From Oopsacas minuta (Eukaryota > Animalia > Porifera): a stretch of 64,000 nucleotides of DNA. Location: NCBI GenBank assembly GCA_024704765.1, contig JAKMXF010000343.1, forward strand, positions 1,035,095-1,099,094, written 5' to 3'. Shown here in pieces: positions 21,562-35,522 of the stretch; position 1 is the first letter of the stretch; the number at the start of each line of letters is the position of its first letter. The translations under genes and the position numbers were made by a program. The notes beneath the pieces were generated by a model, which made no database searches, was not told the DNA's origin, and was given only the letters and a program-made list of their open reading frames with translations.

Positions 21562-24500
21562 GGTACAACTATAGTATTGTACAGGAAGGTGATTCCCTTT
21601 TAATCTACACTAGGGGTTATTTTGAAGTCATAGAGCCCGTGGAATAATGAACAGAGAACTATCGAACACAAAAATCGGACAAAATTTGACAAAACTATAA
21701 TCATTATACTTTATAAGCCAAAGTCTATGGGGATATATTGCAATAACTGAATGAAGCCAATTTATACACTATATGTTGTTCATATTCACTTTGTTAATGC
21801 ATACTACTCTCACACGTTTAGCATTTCTATGAGTTTGTATTTCATGTTTTACAGAGTAAAATCTTATAATTCACTGTTTGTATTATCACAAATCCTAGTC
21901 CGCGTCCAATAATATTTGTCCGAAAAATGAAGTGGGCGACGCTCCTAAGCATATTAACAGGCCTGGGTATCCCGCATGGGCTTCCAGCACACTCCGGATA
22001 CAATACTAAGTCCATGACTAATCACTATAATCGAGGGAAGTACGCATATCAAGCACGCTGTTCCCTCTAATTATCTGGGGAGATATGATGGGGATGCTGC
22101 CATATTCCAGGGGGTATAACCCAAAATCCGGTGAAACATGCTAAAATATTATGCATTTCAGGCAAATATCCTGGTGATCAAACATTTTCTAGCGAAATTC
22201 TGGGATTGCAAGGTCTAAAAATGAGAACTACACGGGATAACTGTCAAGCTTCAACTGGTCCTGGGGCAACGACTGGTCCCAATGAGTTTGCCTTTACATA
22301 ACCCTGTAACTCTGATTAAACGAACTATACACGATGCACCTTGTTGCATGCGACACATTTAGGTGAGATAACATAATGTTGAGGGTGGGATGCGATCAAA
22401 TTGGAGCTGAGATTTTAGTTCGTAATTTGAGCTAAATATTGCAGTGAATTCATATTTGAGCACGCACTCTTTCAAAATTAACCCTTAGATATGCAACATA
22501 TCTATATTTACGCAACAACTACATTTATCTAGGTCTTAGTTTAAGGCTAATAAATTGGGTCTATATTCTTAGCAACATACAGTAGAACTCGGTTAAGACG
22601 TACTAGCTTGGGAAACAATAAAAAGTACGTATTAACCGAGGTACGTCTTATCCGTGGTACGTCTTATCCGAGTACATAAATGAAAGGTACTACAAAAGTA
22701 CGTCTTAACTGAGTACGAATTAACCGAGTACGAATTAACCGAGTACGTATTAACTGAGTACGAATTATCCGAGTACGTATTAACCGAGTACGAATTATCC
22801 GAGTACGAATTAACCGAGTACGAATTATCCGAGTACGAATTATCCGAGTACGAATTATCCGAGTACGAATTAACCGAGTACGAATTAACCGAGTACGATT
22901 CAATACATTTTGTCCTTTTGGGAAGAATAATTTAGTACGTCTTATCCGATTGTACGTCTTAACCGAGTACGTCTTAACCGAATTATTTATAATGGATCAG
23001 ATAGGAGAAAATTTCGGTTATTGGAGACAAGTACGTCTTATCCGAGAGTACGTCTTAAGCCGAGTACGTCTTAACCGAGTTCTACTGTATGTTGCTACAT
23101 AAAAAACAACTTAATAAATAGTGAATTAACCCTTGTGAAAGTGTTCAGATCATCGAGTGGCTGGGTGTGCTGTAGCGGTTACAATTCGGATTATAAGTGA
23201 TACCTAGTACACTATGACTATATTGATACATATATTACCAACATTCTAAGAAAATATTTATTATGATGAAGTTTACAGACACTGATTTATATTACTGGAT
23301 ATAAATCTCTAATTCCTCTTAGAATTAATCCCAAAATATTTTTCTTATGTCTCCTCCGCCAACAAGCCTCTATGAGATGGGTCTCAAGTAATTCAGGATT
23401 TGTTGTCTGTCCTTTTTACTGCCTCTTTTTACACCTCCCAACTCCTTTTTATCTTCTGGGTGTGTACATGAGTCACTGGGTCTAAGAAATTCTCGGAATG
23501 GTTAACTGTGTAATGGGTATATCCAGAGTGACTTAATATATTGGTAGGAAGCCCATTCATCAGAATAAATTATTGTTTGTGGATGAATGAACCTTTGGAT
23601 AATTGGCAGAAGAGTGGCTGTTGAGCGATCAGGTACAGTAACCATAATTATATTATCTGTATCCCTCTCAACCATCCCGAATACCCACTGGCCAGTTAAC
23701 AGTCTGCCTCTATTATATTTTCGTTTGCCGAATTTGGATTCGTCTATCTCAACGATTTTATCAGGACCTTCAATGGGTTGAGGGTTCATTAATATTTCTT
23801 CCAAACATATATCCCTCATATAATTCTTCAAATCAACCACTGTGTTCGGACTCTATCCCAAATGCTTCTTCAAAAATGCATGCGATTGCATGTCCAATAG
23901 TACAGGAACTTGAATATCAATGGGAGTGGAATTTTGGATGGTGTGAAGAAGGACCCATAGCGGATCGAACACTTTCGTCTACATGGACTACAACTCCATT
24001 CATAGTCATCCTGAAAGTGAGAAGGATGTGTTCCATACATTTCTACTCTACAATGACAACGCATTCGACGTGCTAATAAGCCATACGTTCTTAACCAGTT
24101 TATGACATCATCACAAGACTGTGCAAGGATGATAATGTCATCAATAATCAAATCCTGCGGGATTTCACTGAAGACGGTGGGCTCAAGTATTGGCTGAAAA
24201 TACATTAGTTGTAATAACAATGCGTAGAATATTATATGTGCAACAATTACTTATTATATACCAGTCGGTCATCAGCGTAACGCAATTGCTAGAAGGAATG
24301 CCACAATTTTGTGGCAACTTAATTTGAAAAAACCATATTACTGACAATAGCATTTTGTAGTTTTCATTAATACTACATATTTGTTTTACTATTGAAAATG
24401 GTGCATTCTATTACAATGTTGGGTAATCATACACTACTTTACAATCATACGGATAGTTGTATTTAGAATATTAGTCTTCATATGTATTCTAAAAGTGGCT

Positions 24501-24852
24501 TCATCAATCATAAACATGGTTTAGTTAGTTTCATGACCTCTCATTTGTAAACATCATAGGAAATAACATAAAATACAAACTCATAGAAATGCTGAACTTG
24601 TGAGAGTAGTATGCATAAGCAAAATGAATACAAACAACATATAGCGTATAAATTGGCTCCATTCAGCTATTGCAATATATCCCCATAGACTTTGGCTTAT
24701 GTAGTAAAATGATTATAACTTTGTCAAAATTTAGTCCGATTTCAGTGTTCTATTGTTCTCTGTTCATTACTCCACGAGCTCTATGACTTCAACATAACCC
24801 CTAGTGTCGATTAAAAGGGAATCACCTTCCGGTACGATACTATAGTTGTGCC
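21562..24852 (-). mobile_element. Merlin (IS1016/IS1595-like) transposon, ~285-bp TIRs, decayed transposase at ~23287-24220
   Basis: 21562-~21848 and ~24570-24852 are inverted copies beginning GG(T/C)ACAACTATAG. Transposase has a Zn ribbon (CHC...WSCSPC), VEIDESKFGKRKYNRGR...QWVFG, IIYSDEWASY, VNHSENFLDP.THVHTQ. No clean TSD seen. Confidence 0.88.
22580..23087 (-). mobile_element. pogo/Tigger-like MITE, copy B (508 bp), inverted relative to copy A
   Basis: Same TIRs; TA TSD (22578-22579, 23088-23089); 13 x 15-bp array at 22703-22897. Confidence 0.95.
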
Positions 24853-27239
24853 CATGCTTTGAGGTCTCTGATTCTGTGAGTCCATGGTGGTATACTCTCA
24901 TTCACTAGAGTATGCCCTCAGCAGGATCGTTGTAGCCGTGCCATCGCCAATATAGTTTGTTCATCAGTAAAATAACAGCTTTAACATTGGCGTGCTCCTG
25001 TATGATTGGTGAGTCCACAGCCGTACTAACAATTATACTATCTTCTCTATAGAGGAATAGAAAAATGGGGGTAACAAACATCAACCCTGTTATCATGGCT
25101 CCAAGGGCCCTACAAATCCACATAGCGAGTCTACGCACCGGAATAGTATTTATGAAAGCCCTTGCTTAATGCTATGAGCATGCTCTGACCATATAGCATG
25201 CTCTATGCCCCAAGAGTATACTCTAACTCCATAAGCCAGAGTGAGCGTGCCCTCAGTACTACAATAATATTGCCCGGACCCTTGCTACACTCAGTCCCTA
25301 GAGCGAGCACTCAAGGTATAATCATATATTAATGTTATAAATTTCAACAAAAACTTTAGAAAAATGAATTACATGATGATCTAAACTTTAATCTAAATTT
25401 GAAATTTTGTTACAGTGAATGGTATTTTGAATTTTTTAGGGGGGGTGGAATATAGATTAGTCTCCAATTGATATTAACAGTTTATACTATTGACAACATC
25501 AAAGTCATTAAAGTAAGATCTTAGTAAGGGTATTGAGTAATATTGTAAAATCAATGAAAACCCTTCGTTATAGCATTGCTTTATAATCTAAATCAAAGAA
25601 TTCTTGTAAATTAAATTTTGGAGAGATGAGCTAAACTCAATAGTATCAACAATTACAACGCACTTTCTTATTAAGGTTCAAAGAAGAATTGGTGAGTCAT
25701 GCTGGAACCTTCACCAGTAACACCTTGTCAAAATGATATCGAACAATTTATAAATTGTACACTCAAATAATAAATCAAATTATTTAGAATATACCATTAG
25801 TATCTAATCAATCTTATGTAATACTAAGTATAACTATCTAGTAGCATGAAAAGATGATAAATAATGATAGTCATGGATTAATATGATATCAGTAGTTTAT
25901 CTCCTAGTTATTAATTGGTGATGATAGAATTTTCGTGATTAGATTCCTTAATATAGTCCTTATATGTATACTGAATTCCCCCTATATAGAAGTCACTCAT
26001 TTAATCAACCCCTAACCCTGGGTCTACCTTGAGTGCATCAGTGAAGTGCATCATTTGTGATAGTGGTATCGATCAGCTTTGGAATTGCTGAATAGCCATC
26101 ATCGACTAGGGAATGGTGTTGTATTAATTGCAATACACTTATTCGCAAGGTTGTTATTCTACATCTGATTCTAACTACTTTGGTTATCATGGGGAAAATG
26201 TTGTACCCCCAATTGTCGATTGGGGCATGAAGGAGTTGATATGACTGCTACATACATGCAAAATGAACAAGTTTATTGTCATAACGTGTGAATTACAATT
26301 ACGATCAATATTTCTTGTATACTACGTGAATGTATCATCTAGCTGAAGGGGTCTATGAAAATTTTAACATTCTCTCATTTAAGGGGTTGTGCCACTTTTA
26401 GTAGCTCAGCCAATTTGTATGGCTTATCCACCAAAATATTTGTCGATTTTGAATAGTAATTACAGGTATTATAGTTAAAGGTGCCTACTTTCAAGAACTT
26501 TCACGACATTAGATCATTTTGCCGAATGTAGAGATGCAAATTAAATTGTATACATTTACCAAAAAAATTGAATTTTTGAAAATTTCATGGTGGACCCCCT
26601 AAAATTGGTTCTATGTGTCATAAAATGACGTTCGTCTCGGAGAGGGACACTAAAGTTTTATTAAATAATTTTAACCAATTACCGCTCCAAATTCGAGATC
26701 TTAACACCTTATGATGTTATAAATTCCCGTATTTTCCCGGCAGTATTCGGGTAATAGAAGATGCAGAAACAGAAATTTATTCAATTATGGGATTATTTAC
26801 ATAACTTTTCTTTTACAAACAACAACCACCTAAAAGGCAGCAAATTTGCTTGAGTTTTAAACATCAATAGTGTGGTAAAATAATTGGTTCGGATTTGATT
26901 TCTATTGATAGACTAATTGATGTGTTCATAGCTATCCCAGCATCAATTAAATACAAAGTTAGCATAATTGGATTGCTGTTTCCATAGTCACTGAGTTGAA
27001 CAACAAATGGTTTGGGGAAGTGGCATGCAAACCACATATAATTAGCAACTAATTAAATAATACATTCCTAACTATCACACAATGCATTCAATTGATCATA
27101 AGAAAGTATAGAACGAATATCGGGAAATTATAACATGCAAATTATAAACATTTGAGCTGTGATATTTCTATTATAGAATCCTTAATGGCAGTTGCTCCAT
27201 AATTTCAAACTCTACATTTTGCTACAATATTCCCTATTA

Positions 27240-29528
27240 CACAGGTGAACAAAATTTAACTTCATTTTTTCATCAAGTATTAGATTGACATTTTCTAAGC
27301 TAGTTTTTTACGTGACTTCAAATTTGCTTTCAGATTCTTTCCAGCACGTCCAGTTTTTTTTCCATCTACAAGTCAACGATTTTTATGTATTTCCGAAATT
27401 TTTCCTGTTATATTATGGTAGTGGCTGTCTTTTTGTATTCTTACATGATAGCCATCTGAAATAAATCAACGTTTCGATGTTTTAGATTAATGCCAAGATA
27501 ATATCAGTTATTATCCTAGCTCTTACATATAATTATTCACATTCATGCATGTATCAACTACTCATAATCTAAGGGGAAATACATATCCATCTAGAAATAT
27601 AAAGGTAGCTAACTAAATTAAAAGTGTTGAGAGTACAACTTCCTTTTATATATCTTGTTGGGATTATCTCTGAAGAGCCTCCAACAGTAATCTGACATCA
27701 TGCCCTCATTCCAGAAACCTTGTAATCGTGTTTCCATCTCTTGTATGTCTTGGTGGAATCTCTCACCCTGTTCATCACTTACAGCACCAAGGTTCTCAGG
27801 GAAAAATCAAGGTGAGAGTGCAAGAAGTGAATTTTAGCGACATGTGACAGCCCATCTTCTCATATGCGTTAAGCAAGGTTTCCACTCCTTCTCTGTAGTT
27901 GGACGACTTCTTGTTGCCCAAAAAGTTTTCACAAACCCATTTGAAAGAATTCCAAGCACTCATTTCTAATTCGGATAATGTATTCTCGAAATCTGGATCT
28001 CTGAATACTTGTCTGATATGTGGTCCTACAAATACTCCCTCTTTTATCTTTGCCTCGCTTAGTTTCGGAAATTTGCCTACCAAATGCAGACATCCTGCTG
28101 AATTTGTTTTGCCCATTGTTTTAACGAATGTTTTCATTAATCCAAGTTTAATATGAAGTGGGGGTAAAAAGACTTTGTTTGGATCTGCCAATGGCGAATG
28201 CTGTATATTGCTTTTCCCCACTTCATAGGTTCTCTTCGGCAATCACATTTTTTATAATGCTCACCAGTTGCTTGGCTGTCCCATAGACATAGGAAACAAT
28301 AATACTTTGTAAACCTTGTTGCAAGCCCATCAATAGTCCGATTACCTTAAGATCACCGCAGATATTCTATATATGTGTTCAATACTGTATTGCCTCCAAA
28401 ACTTCCTGCAAATTGACGAAGGTTTCTTTGAGATAGACGAAGTGAGCAATTGGAATGCCAGGCTCTAGATTTCCGTTATGCAACAGAACAGCTTTCAAAC
28501 TCCGTTTTGACGAGTCGATGAAAAGGCGCCAATCAGAGGAAGAATGTTCTTGTAATAGGTTTGCATAGAGTCCTTCGATATCATTACAATAGCACAGTGG
28601 ACCATCAGTGGTGTAGTATTGAGCGAGATCGAAATTTCGCTTGCGATAGTGGGATAGTAGGACATCTTTGTCGAGTAAGTTTTTCTGTTTGAGCCTGGAT
28701 GCAAGGAGTTCAGCTTTGTCTTTAGATAAGTCTAGATCCCTGACCAGGTCATTCAATTCTCCCTGTGTAAATGTTTGTGGCTCTAGTAATTCATCTTCCG
28801 AGACATTATTAGCATCTGTAGAATCTGCATGAACATCTTCCACCATATCAGAGCCGATTTTAATTTGCTGTGGCTTGGGAATTGGGATTGGTAATGAGAT
28901 GTCGTGTGGAATTGGCCTGCGAACAGAATCCAAGTCTGGGTAAACAAGAGCGTGCTTATTCTTAGCTGAGAATCCTGTAATGTCGATAAGGCAAAAGTAA
29001 CAATCATCAAGGTGATTTTTCTGTTCCCTCCAGACCATGGGTATTGCAAATGGCATTGAAACTTTCCTTTTGTTCAACCAATCACGTAGTCCACTTGAAC
29101 AAGAAGTGCATATAACATGTGGTGCTCACGAATTGTCTTGGTCACCAAGTGGACATTCGAAGTACAATTTGTATATGTTCTTTAATTGATTTGTGATTGG
29201 TCGTCTTTGTGATTTTACGCAAAAAAAGACCACAAACGTAACAGAAATTGTCGGGATGAGTTCTACAATTACGATGCATGTTTATAATTTGATTTACTTG
29301 AATTCAAATAAGTAAATTCATTTATATTCCAGATAATTGAATCAAAATAGGCATGCTCATATAGTAATTTAGTAACTAGGTAATACTATACTATTGAAAA
29401 AATGGATATTGGATTTCAGAATAACTAGACGTGCTAGAGAAATTCTGATTGCAGATTCGAGTTCAGCATTCAAAAGTATGCTAAGATAAATGTATGTGAT
29501 CTCTGATGAGAAATCTTGTTGAGTTGTG
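27240..29528 (-). mobile_element. Chapaev3 (CMC superfamily) transposon, complete ends, decayed transposase
   Basis: Termini CACAGGTGAACAAAATTT / rc CACAACTCAACAAGATTT; TTA 3-bp TSD on both sides. Protein: HPDNFCYVCG, PMVWREQKNHLDDCYFC, WRLFIDSSKRSLKAVLLHNG, PPLHIKLGLMK, ENLGAVSDEQGERFHQDI. Confidence 0.88.
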
Positions 29529-29599
29529 TTATTGAAGAAATGATCTTAGACAACTTTTTCGTAATATCACTATTAATGGAGAGACTTGGATAGCATGGC

Positions 29600-30300
29600 T
29601 CAAAAGTAACGAACTTTTACACGATGATGCGCAAATATAGTAGAATTATGCGGTCCGGAACATTTTCAGGTATTACAAATGGAAAGGGGTGGAGGTGCCC
29701 TGAAAATCATGCACAAAATTCCCTTCCATGAGGATTGGTTCATTCTTTGAATGTGATCTTATACCAATAACTGAGTTGGTAGAATTCTTATAGTTTCTGG
29801 ACCAATTATCTGTAAAATACTACATTTTTACACAAGAATCTGGGTTGGGAAGAGTATGCTATAACTGACTGAAAGAACTTCCTCAGAGACCGATGTGTTG
29901 AGAAATATTTAGTCAATCCTCAACCAATTGGAGGGCCTGGACATATTTTAGAAATTGAGTAATCAAAGTTTTGACATTGAAAGTATTCAAGAGGTCGTAT
30001 ACTATCAGGCCAATGGGTATTTCGAGGGATAGATAGTGAAACAAAGATACCTTATGATATTTGTTCATGGCGTCTGGCAGAAACATTAATCCTCTCATCC
30101 AAAGATATATTCTTCCAGGTTCATATCATGCTTACCCTGCTGCAAGTTTTCAATATCTCACTATAAACCATAGCCTCAATTATGTTGGCCTACTACAAGT
30201 GTACATACTCAAACAGTTGAGAGTACATGGAGCGAAGAAACGGCTGAGGAATTGTATGACTACTAACCCCATACTTTAGATATTCACTCATCTGAAGTTT
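29600..30300 (+). pseudogene. Second Merlin/IS1595-like transposase remnant
   Basis: NPQPIGGPGHILEIE*SKF...RGRILSGQWVF...IQRYILPGS...INHSLNYV...HTQTVESTW across stops and frameshifts. Confidence 0.8.
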
Positions 30301-30491
30301 GTTGGCAGAAAAAATATGGCCAAGCAAGTTTCTCAAACCTAACCATGGAAAAAAGGATAAAGTATCCTGTTCTCTTATTGTTGTTTTGAGAATTATCAGT
30401 TACCTTTGTAATTAGTACCATACTTCTGCTTTTGGCGTTTCTTTTGTCGCATTACTTGATATATTGTAGATTCGTAGTTAAAGTAGTATAA

Positions 30492-33400
30492 CAGGGACAT
30501 TCAATATACGTACACTAATCACTGTATATTTTTAATGAAATAGCAGTTCTAAGCTAGTATTTCTCAGTGCAATTATATAGAACCATATTTCAACTTTCTA
30601 ACAAAACTTAGAGAGAGTTGATCACTTAATTATTCCCCAAGTTTCAGTTATTTTTAGAAACCTACATTTTCTCCTTTACATTTTTCATGGCTTCTTGTCC
30701 AAATTTTTCGGAACTTGAACAACAACATACATCTAATTTAGCACCATTCTCAAGATCCCTCCAAAGGATATTCATGACGAGTTGGAAACGATATGTGGAG
30801 AAGATGCTCTATTGCATTCAACTGTCAGAAGGTGGGCAAGCCTATTTAGGGAAGGTAGGACCTCTGTCCAAGACGCCCCTCGTCCTGGAGCACCAAACTG
30901 GCCACCAACAATGAAAAATTGAGTGAAGTAAAGGAATATGTGGGGTAGCTACCGCATTCTTCGGATGGAGGGGTGAGGTAGCTAACTATGTTGGCATTTC
31001 AACAGTGAGTGTACACAAAATTCTGATTGCGGATTTAGAACTGAGGAAGGTCTAAGTGCGATTGGTACTACATTGTTGAACTTTTCTATAAAAGGCAGCT
31101 AGACTCCAAATGGCTAAGGAAAACCTTGAAATTTCTGAATGGAGTGACCCTAGGCGGTCATTAGAGAAGGTAACAGGAGATGAACATGGATGCAATTCAA
31201 GCCACCGATCAGAAAGCAAGATGGCAGGATATGCCTAAATAAGGGAGAGGTACTCCTAGCTGTTTATGTGTCCGACTTCCTTACCCCGAAGGTCTTATAC
31301 TGCATATTTTTCAATGGGCTAGGTCAGGGCCGGCGACAGGGGGGGTAGCTTGGGGTAAAACCGGGGGGCCCGGGGTAAATAGGAGCCCCAGGTCGGCATG
31401 TGATAATTTCTTTAGGATTTAAGATGTTTATTGTGTCTTGTATGTACATGTAAGCTTGTATTACAATATAAATTCCTTTGTTTCACTAATAGAATAATTG
31501 CTTTTATCAATATAACACTTAGCAAAAAAAGGATTCTATCATTAATTTATTCCATTGTTGAAACCTTATTATTTACCTATTTCCTTCAACACCATAAATA
31601 TGGAATTATAGAAATCGCTCTATTTCAATTTAAAGTCTATGTCCTACGTTCATAAATCAGGTGCGCACAAACGTCAAGAGAAGCGGGTAAGAGATGGAGA
31701 GTTGATGAAAGGTCTGCAAACATTATTTCAAGTTGGAATTCTCAAACCAGCTGAAAATTCAGCAATTATAGAAGGAGTATTGAATGAGATTATTGTTGAT
31801 GCCATGGATATCGTTGAGAATAAAGAAGTTTCTGAATACAATTCAGAAGTTATTGCTACTAATGTTTGTGAATTTGAGACTCAAGTGAGGATATACGACA
31901 TTGGAGCTTTACATGAACATGTTACAAAGAAAGAGATTGAGGAGTGAGTGAATGCTGGGCCTCAGCTCAAACCATTATACATTCCTCCAGATGTGACAGG
32001 TCAAGCTTTTCCATCCTCTCTGTTCATGAAAAGAAGCTCCAATGGGGAATCTGAAAACAGAGATTGGCTTGTTTACAGTCAATATAAGAATGCTTTGTTT
32101 TGTTTTCCGTGCAGGTTATTTGCATATACAAAAATTGTAACAGGTCAACCCCTTCATATCTAGCATCGGTAAATGGTTGTAGCCCTAGTACAAAGTGGAA
32201 AAGACTATTTGATCGCATACCTTCTCATGAAAATAGCAGAAATCACAAACGATGTTACTTAGAACTGCGTCAATTGGAGATGCGTTTACTGCACAACTCT
32301 ACAATTGATATGCAATTTCATGCACACATCACAACCGAAATTGCTAAATGGAGGGAACTACTGCAAAGGATCATTGATGTTGTTCTCTTCTTGGATGAAA
32401 AAGATCTATCATTTAGGGGAGAACTCATGCTATTGGAGACGTTCATAATGGCAATTTTCTTGGAATAATTGAACTCATATCTCATTATGATCCGGTACTT
32501 CGTGAACATGTTATAAAAGTGCGAGAATCCCAGAAGGTAGGGAAACGTTTACAGACCCTTTACCTTTCTAAGGACTTTCAAAACGAATTTATCCATTTAT
32601 GCGCTGATAAAGTTCGCCATTACATTCTAGAAGAACGAAGTATAGCTAAATATTTTTCTATCATGGTAGATGCTACTCAGGATATTTCGCACACTGAGCA
32701 AAACACCTTTGTGTTAAGATACCTGACTCGCGAACACGATAAGTACATAATTCGTGAACGTTTTTTTACTTTCCTTGATGATTCTAGCAAAACTGGTTCA
32801 GAGATCGCTACAATGATATTATCATTTCTAACAGAAAATGACATTCCTTTTAAAGACTGCAGAGGTCAGGGGTATGACAATGCCAGTAGTATGTCGGGAA
32901 GGTATAATGGAGCTCAAAACAATTAAAGCAAGAGAATCCTTTATGCACTTTTTCACCTTGCGGGTGCCACAGTCTAAACTTGTGTGGTGCAAAATCAACA
33001 TTATGTTGCAAGGATGCAATAACATTTTTCGGGACAATCCAAACAATTTACTGCATATTTTCAGCAAGTCCAAAGAGATGGGCTATTCTTGCTCGTAACT
33101 TTGGAATTTCGCTCCATGGTTAATCCCATACGAGGTGAACTGAGAGGATTCACAGTGTCCGCCCCTTCACTACACATTTATAAGGTATTAACTTATACTT
33201 AAATGAATTACTGGAGCTTAATCTAACTGCAAAAACTAAAACAGAAATATTTGGTGCCATAAAGTATGTTTCTTGTTATACATGCGTGCACATGTCGGCA
33301 ATATGGTATAAAGTTTTAATGGCTATAGATGAACGAAATCAAGTAATCGAGGCTCACGATGCAGCAATTGATGTCGAAGTACGGAATTTGGACGATCTAC

Positions 33401-34867
33401 TTAATGAACTAAAACTCTAAAAGAAAATTCGCCATCTATTTTACAGGAAGTTAATATAGTTGCCAGGGCTCTATACATAGAACCACCACTGCCTGTTTGA
33501 CAAAAGAAAGAAAACAGTTCTTTGACGATAATAATGTTGAAAGAAATAAAGAAATTTCAAATGAGGCAGAATACCAGGCTACCTTTAATCATATTATGAC
33601 TGCGTTTTGGAAGGCTTGACTACGCGATATAGAGCTATTTATCAAATTAATCAACTATTTGGATTCCTATGAAATTATCTCGATACAAGTGAAGAAAAAA
33701 TTATCAAGCAATGTAAAGACCTCAGAGCACATTATGATACGGCTATATCGGACAAATAACTTCAAGTTGAAGTTTTACACCTCAAAACGATTCATCATGC
33801 TAACTTTAGCGATCATTCATTGGATCCACTTTCGCTTCTGACAAAAATACGAAAAAATAAATTGGAGGGAATATTCCCGAATATATGCATTTCCTTAAGG
33901 ATATTTTTAACTTTACCGGTTACAATAGCCTCTGCCGAACGATCATTTAGTAAGCTAAAATTAATCAAGAACTACTTGCGGAGTATGATGCTGCAGGAAG
34001 ACTAAGCGATCTCGCAATTCTAGGCATAGAGAGTGAGCTTGCTAGACTAGTAGATTTCACGCAAGTAATAGATTCAATCGCATCTACTAAAGCAAGAAGA
34101 GGCTTTTGCCAAACTCAAATTATTGAGAGATTCCATTATTTATTCTAATCTATTCTACTTATTATATTATTTCACATGCTTAATGTCTATATTACGTACA
34201 TAAATTTACTCAACTTTCAGGATAGGTTTCTAGTTGAAATATATTTTTGTCTAAGGTCACAGGTATTACAAAATTGATTTTTTGTCAGAGCTTGGAGGGC
34301 CCCGGCCAGAAATATTGCTAGGGGGCTCATAAATTCTGTCGCCGGACCTGGGCTAGGTCCTATAGTCCAAATCCCTGTTCCCAAAGGTCAGACACTCATA
34401 GGATAATTTTACGCAGATGTGATGTTGCCTGAGGTCGATTAATATCATCTTAAGTGTCGTCCAAGGACTGGAACTCGTGGTCTCAAAATTTGCACGATAA
34501 AGCTAGACCGCATAAATCTTTGGCTGTAAGGCAAAAAATTAAAGATATGGGTATGCACGAAATCCCACATCCACCTTACTCACCTAATATACCTCCATGT
34601 GACTTCTGGCTGTTTAGAAAACTCAAAGATAACCTCTCCCGACGCGAATTTGAGGATCGGCTCAGCCTTGGCCGAGCAATTTACAGATACCTTGAAGTCA
34701 TACCCAAGGATGAGTACAGGAAGACCTTTGAAAATTGGATTAAATGGCTAAACTCAGTTTTAGCGTATAAAGGAGACTACTTTGAAACATTCATAGCAAA
34801 ATCACCAACTATACACAAGTATTCATAGTTTTAGTATGGTATGATTAGAATTTATTGAATGCCCCTG
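30492..34867 (+). mobile_element. mariner (DD34D) element split by the hAT insertion
   Basis: TIRs CAGGGACATTCAATA / TATTGAATGCCCCTG+TA; HTH STVRRWASLFREGRTSVQDAPRPG; VTGDE; HDKARPH...HPPYSPNIPPCDFWLF (34 spacing). Confidence 0.85.
31325..34350 (+). mobile_element. hAT transposon (ZMYM1-like: TTF-type Zn finger, DUF4371-like region, hAT dimerisation domain), decayed
   Basis: TIR CAGGGCCGGCGACAG / rc CAGGTCCGGCGACAG; perfect 8-bp TSD GGCTAGGT. Motifs RDWLVYS...LFCFPCRLF, FSIMVDATQDISHTEQ, CRGQGYDNASSMSG, LTLPVTIASAERSFSKLKLIKNYLRS. Confidence 0.95.
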
Positions 34868-35522
34868 TAGAAAGCTTAATACTATATATACTCCAAATAT
34901 AACTACTTCCCATATTATATGCAGAGCATTGAAGGAGCGCAAACACTGGTGTCCGCTCCCATCTATATAAATACATCTCAATTATTGTTTGTTTTTCTGT
35001 TGTTAGGAAACTATTAACGGTATGCAATATTGAAATAGTCGTGTAACTGTGTATGTATCATGTTTATCAAGGACGTAGATAGAATTCAATAAAACTTAAC
35101 TAAATATATCAAACATGCAGAACTCGATTTTCACACGTTTTATGAATATAAAGTAAGCAAATTTCAAATTCGTAGTAGATTGATACTTCCAACAGCTATA
35201 CTGAGGTGATCGAAATTCTTTGGGGACATAAAGTAAACAGACTTAAAAATTATAGCAGTATCATGTTTGCTACGGTTAAGATTATGAGTTTTATATTCAA
35301 GGGCCGTAGGCCCGATTGTCGCCACGAAGTGTTCGCAATTGCGGAGAGTGAGGAAGCAAAGTGCGCTACTTTTTCAGGGCGGGACCGCGAAGCGAGATGC
35401 GCTCCAAAAAGTGAGGAGTGCTTAATGCTCTGATAATATCCAGCCAAGGGGGGTGTTATACATACAAAATATTCCGTCCACCATAATTATTAGAAATCCA
35501 TGTAAACTTTGTTCCAGCATTA

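Noticed and set aside
25307-26036. 12-bp inverted pair GCACTCAAGGTA / TACCTTGAGTGC
   Set aside because: No TSD and no internal coding or repeat support; could be chance or an unrecognisable relic.
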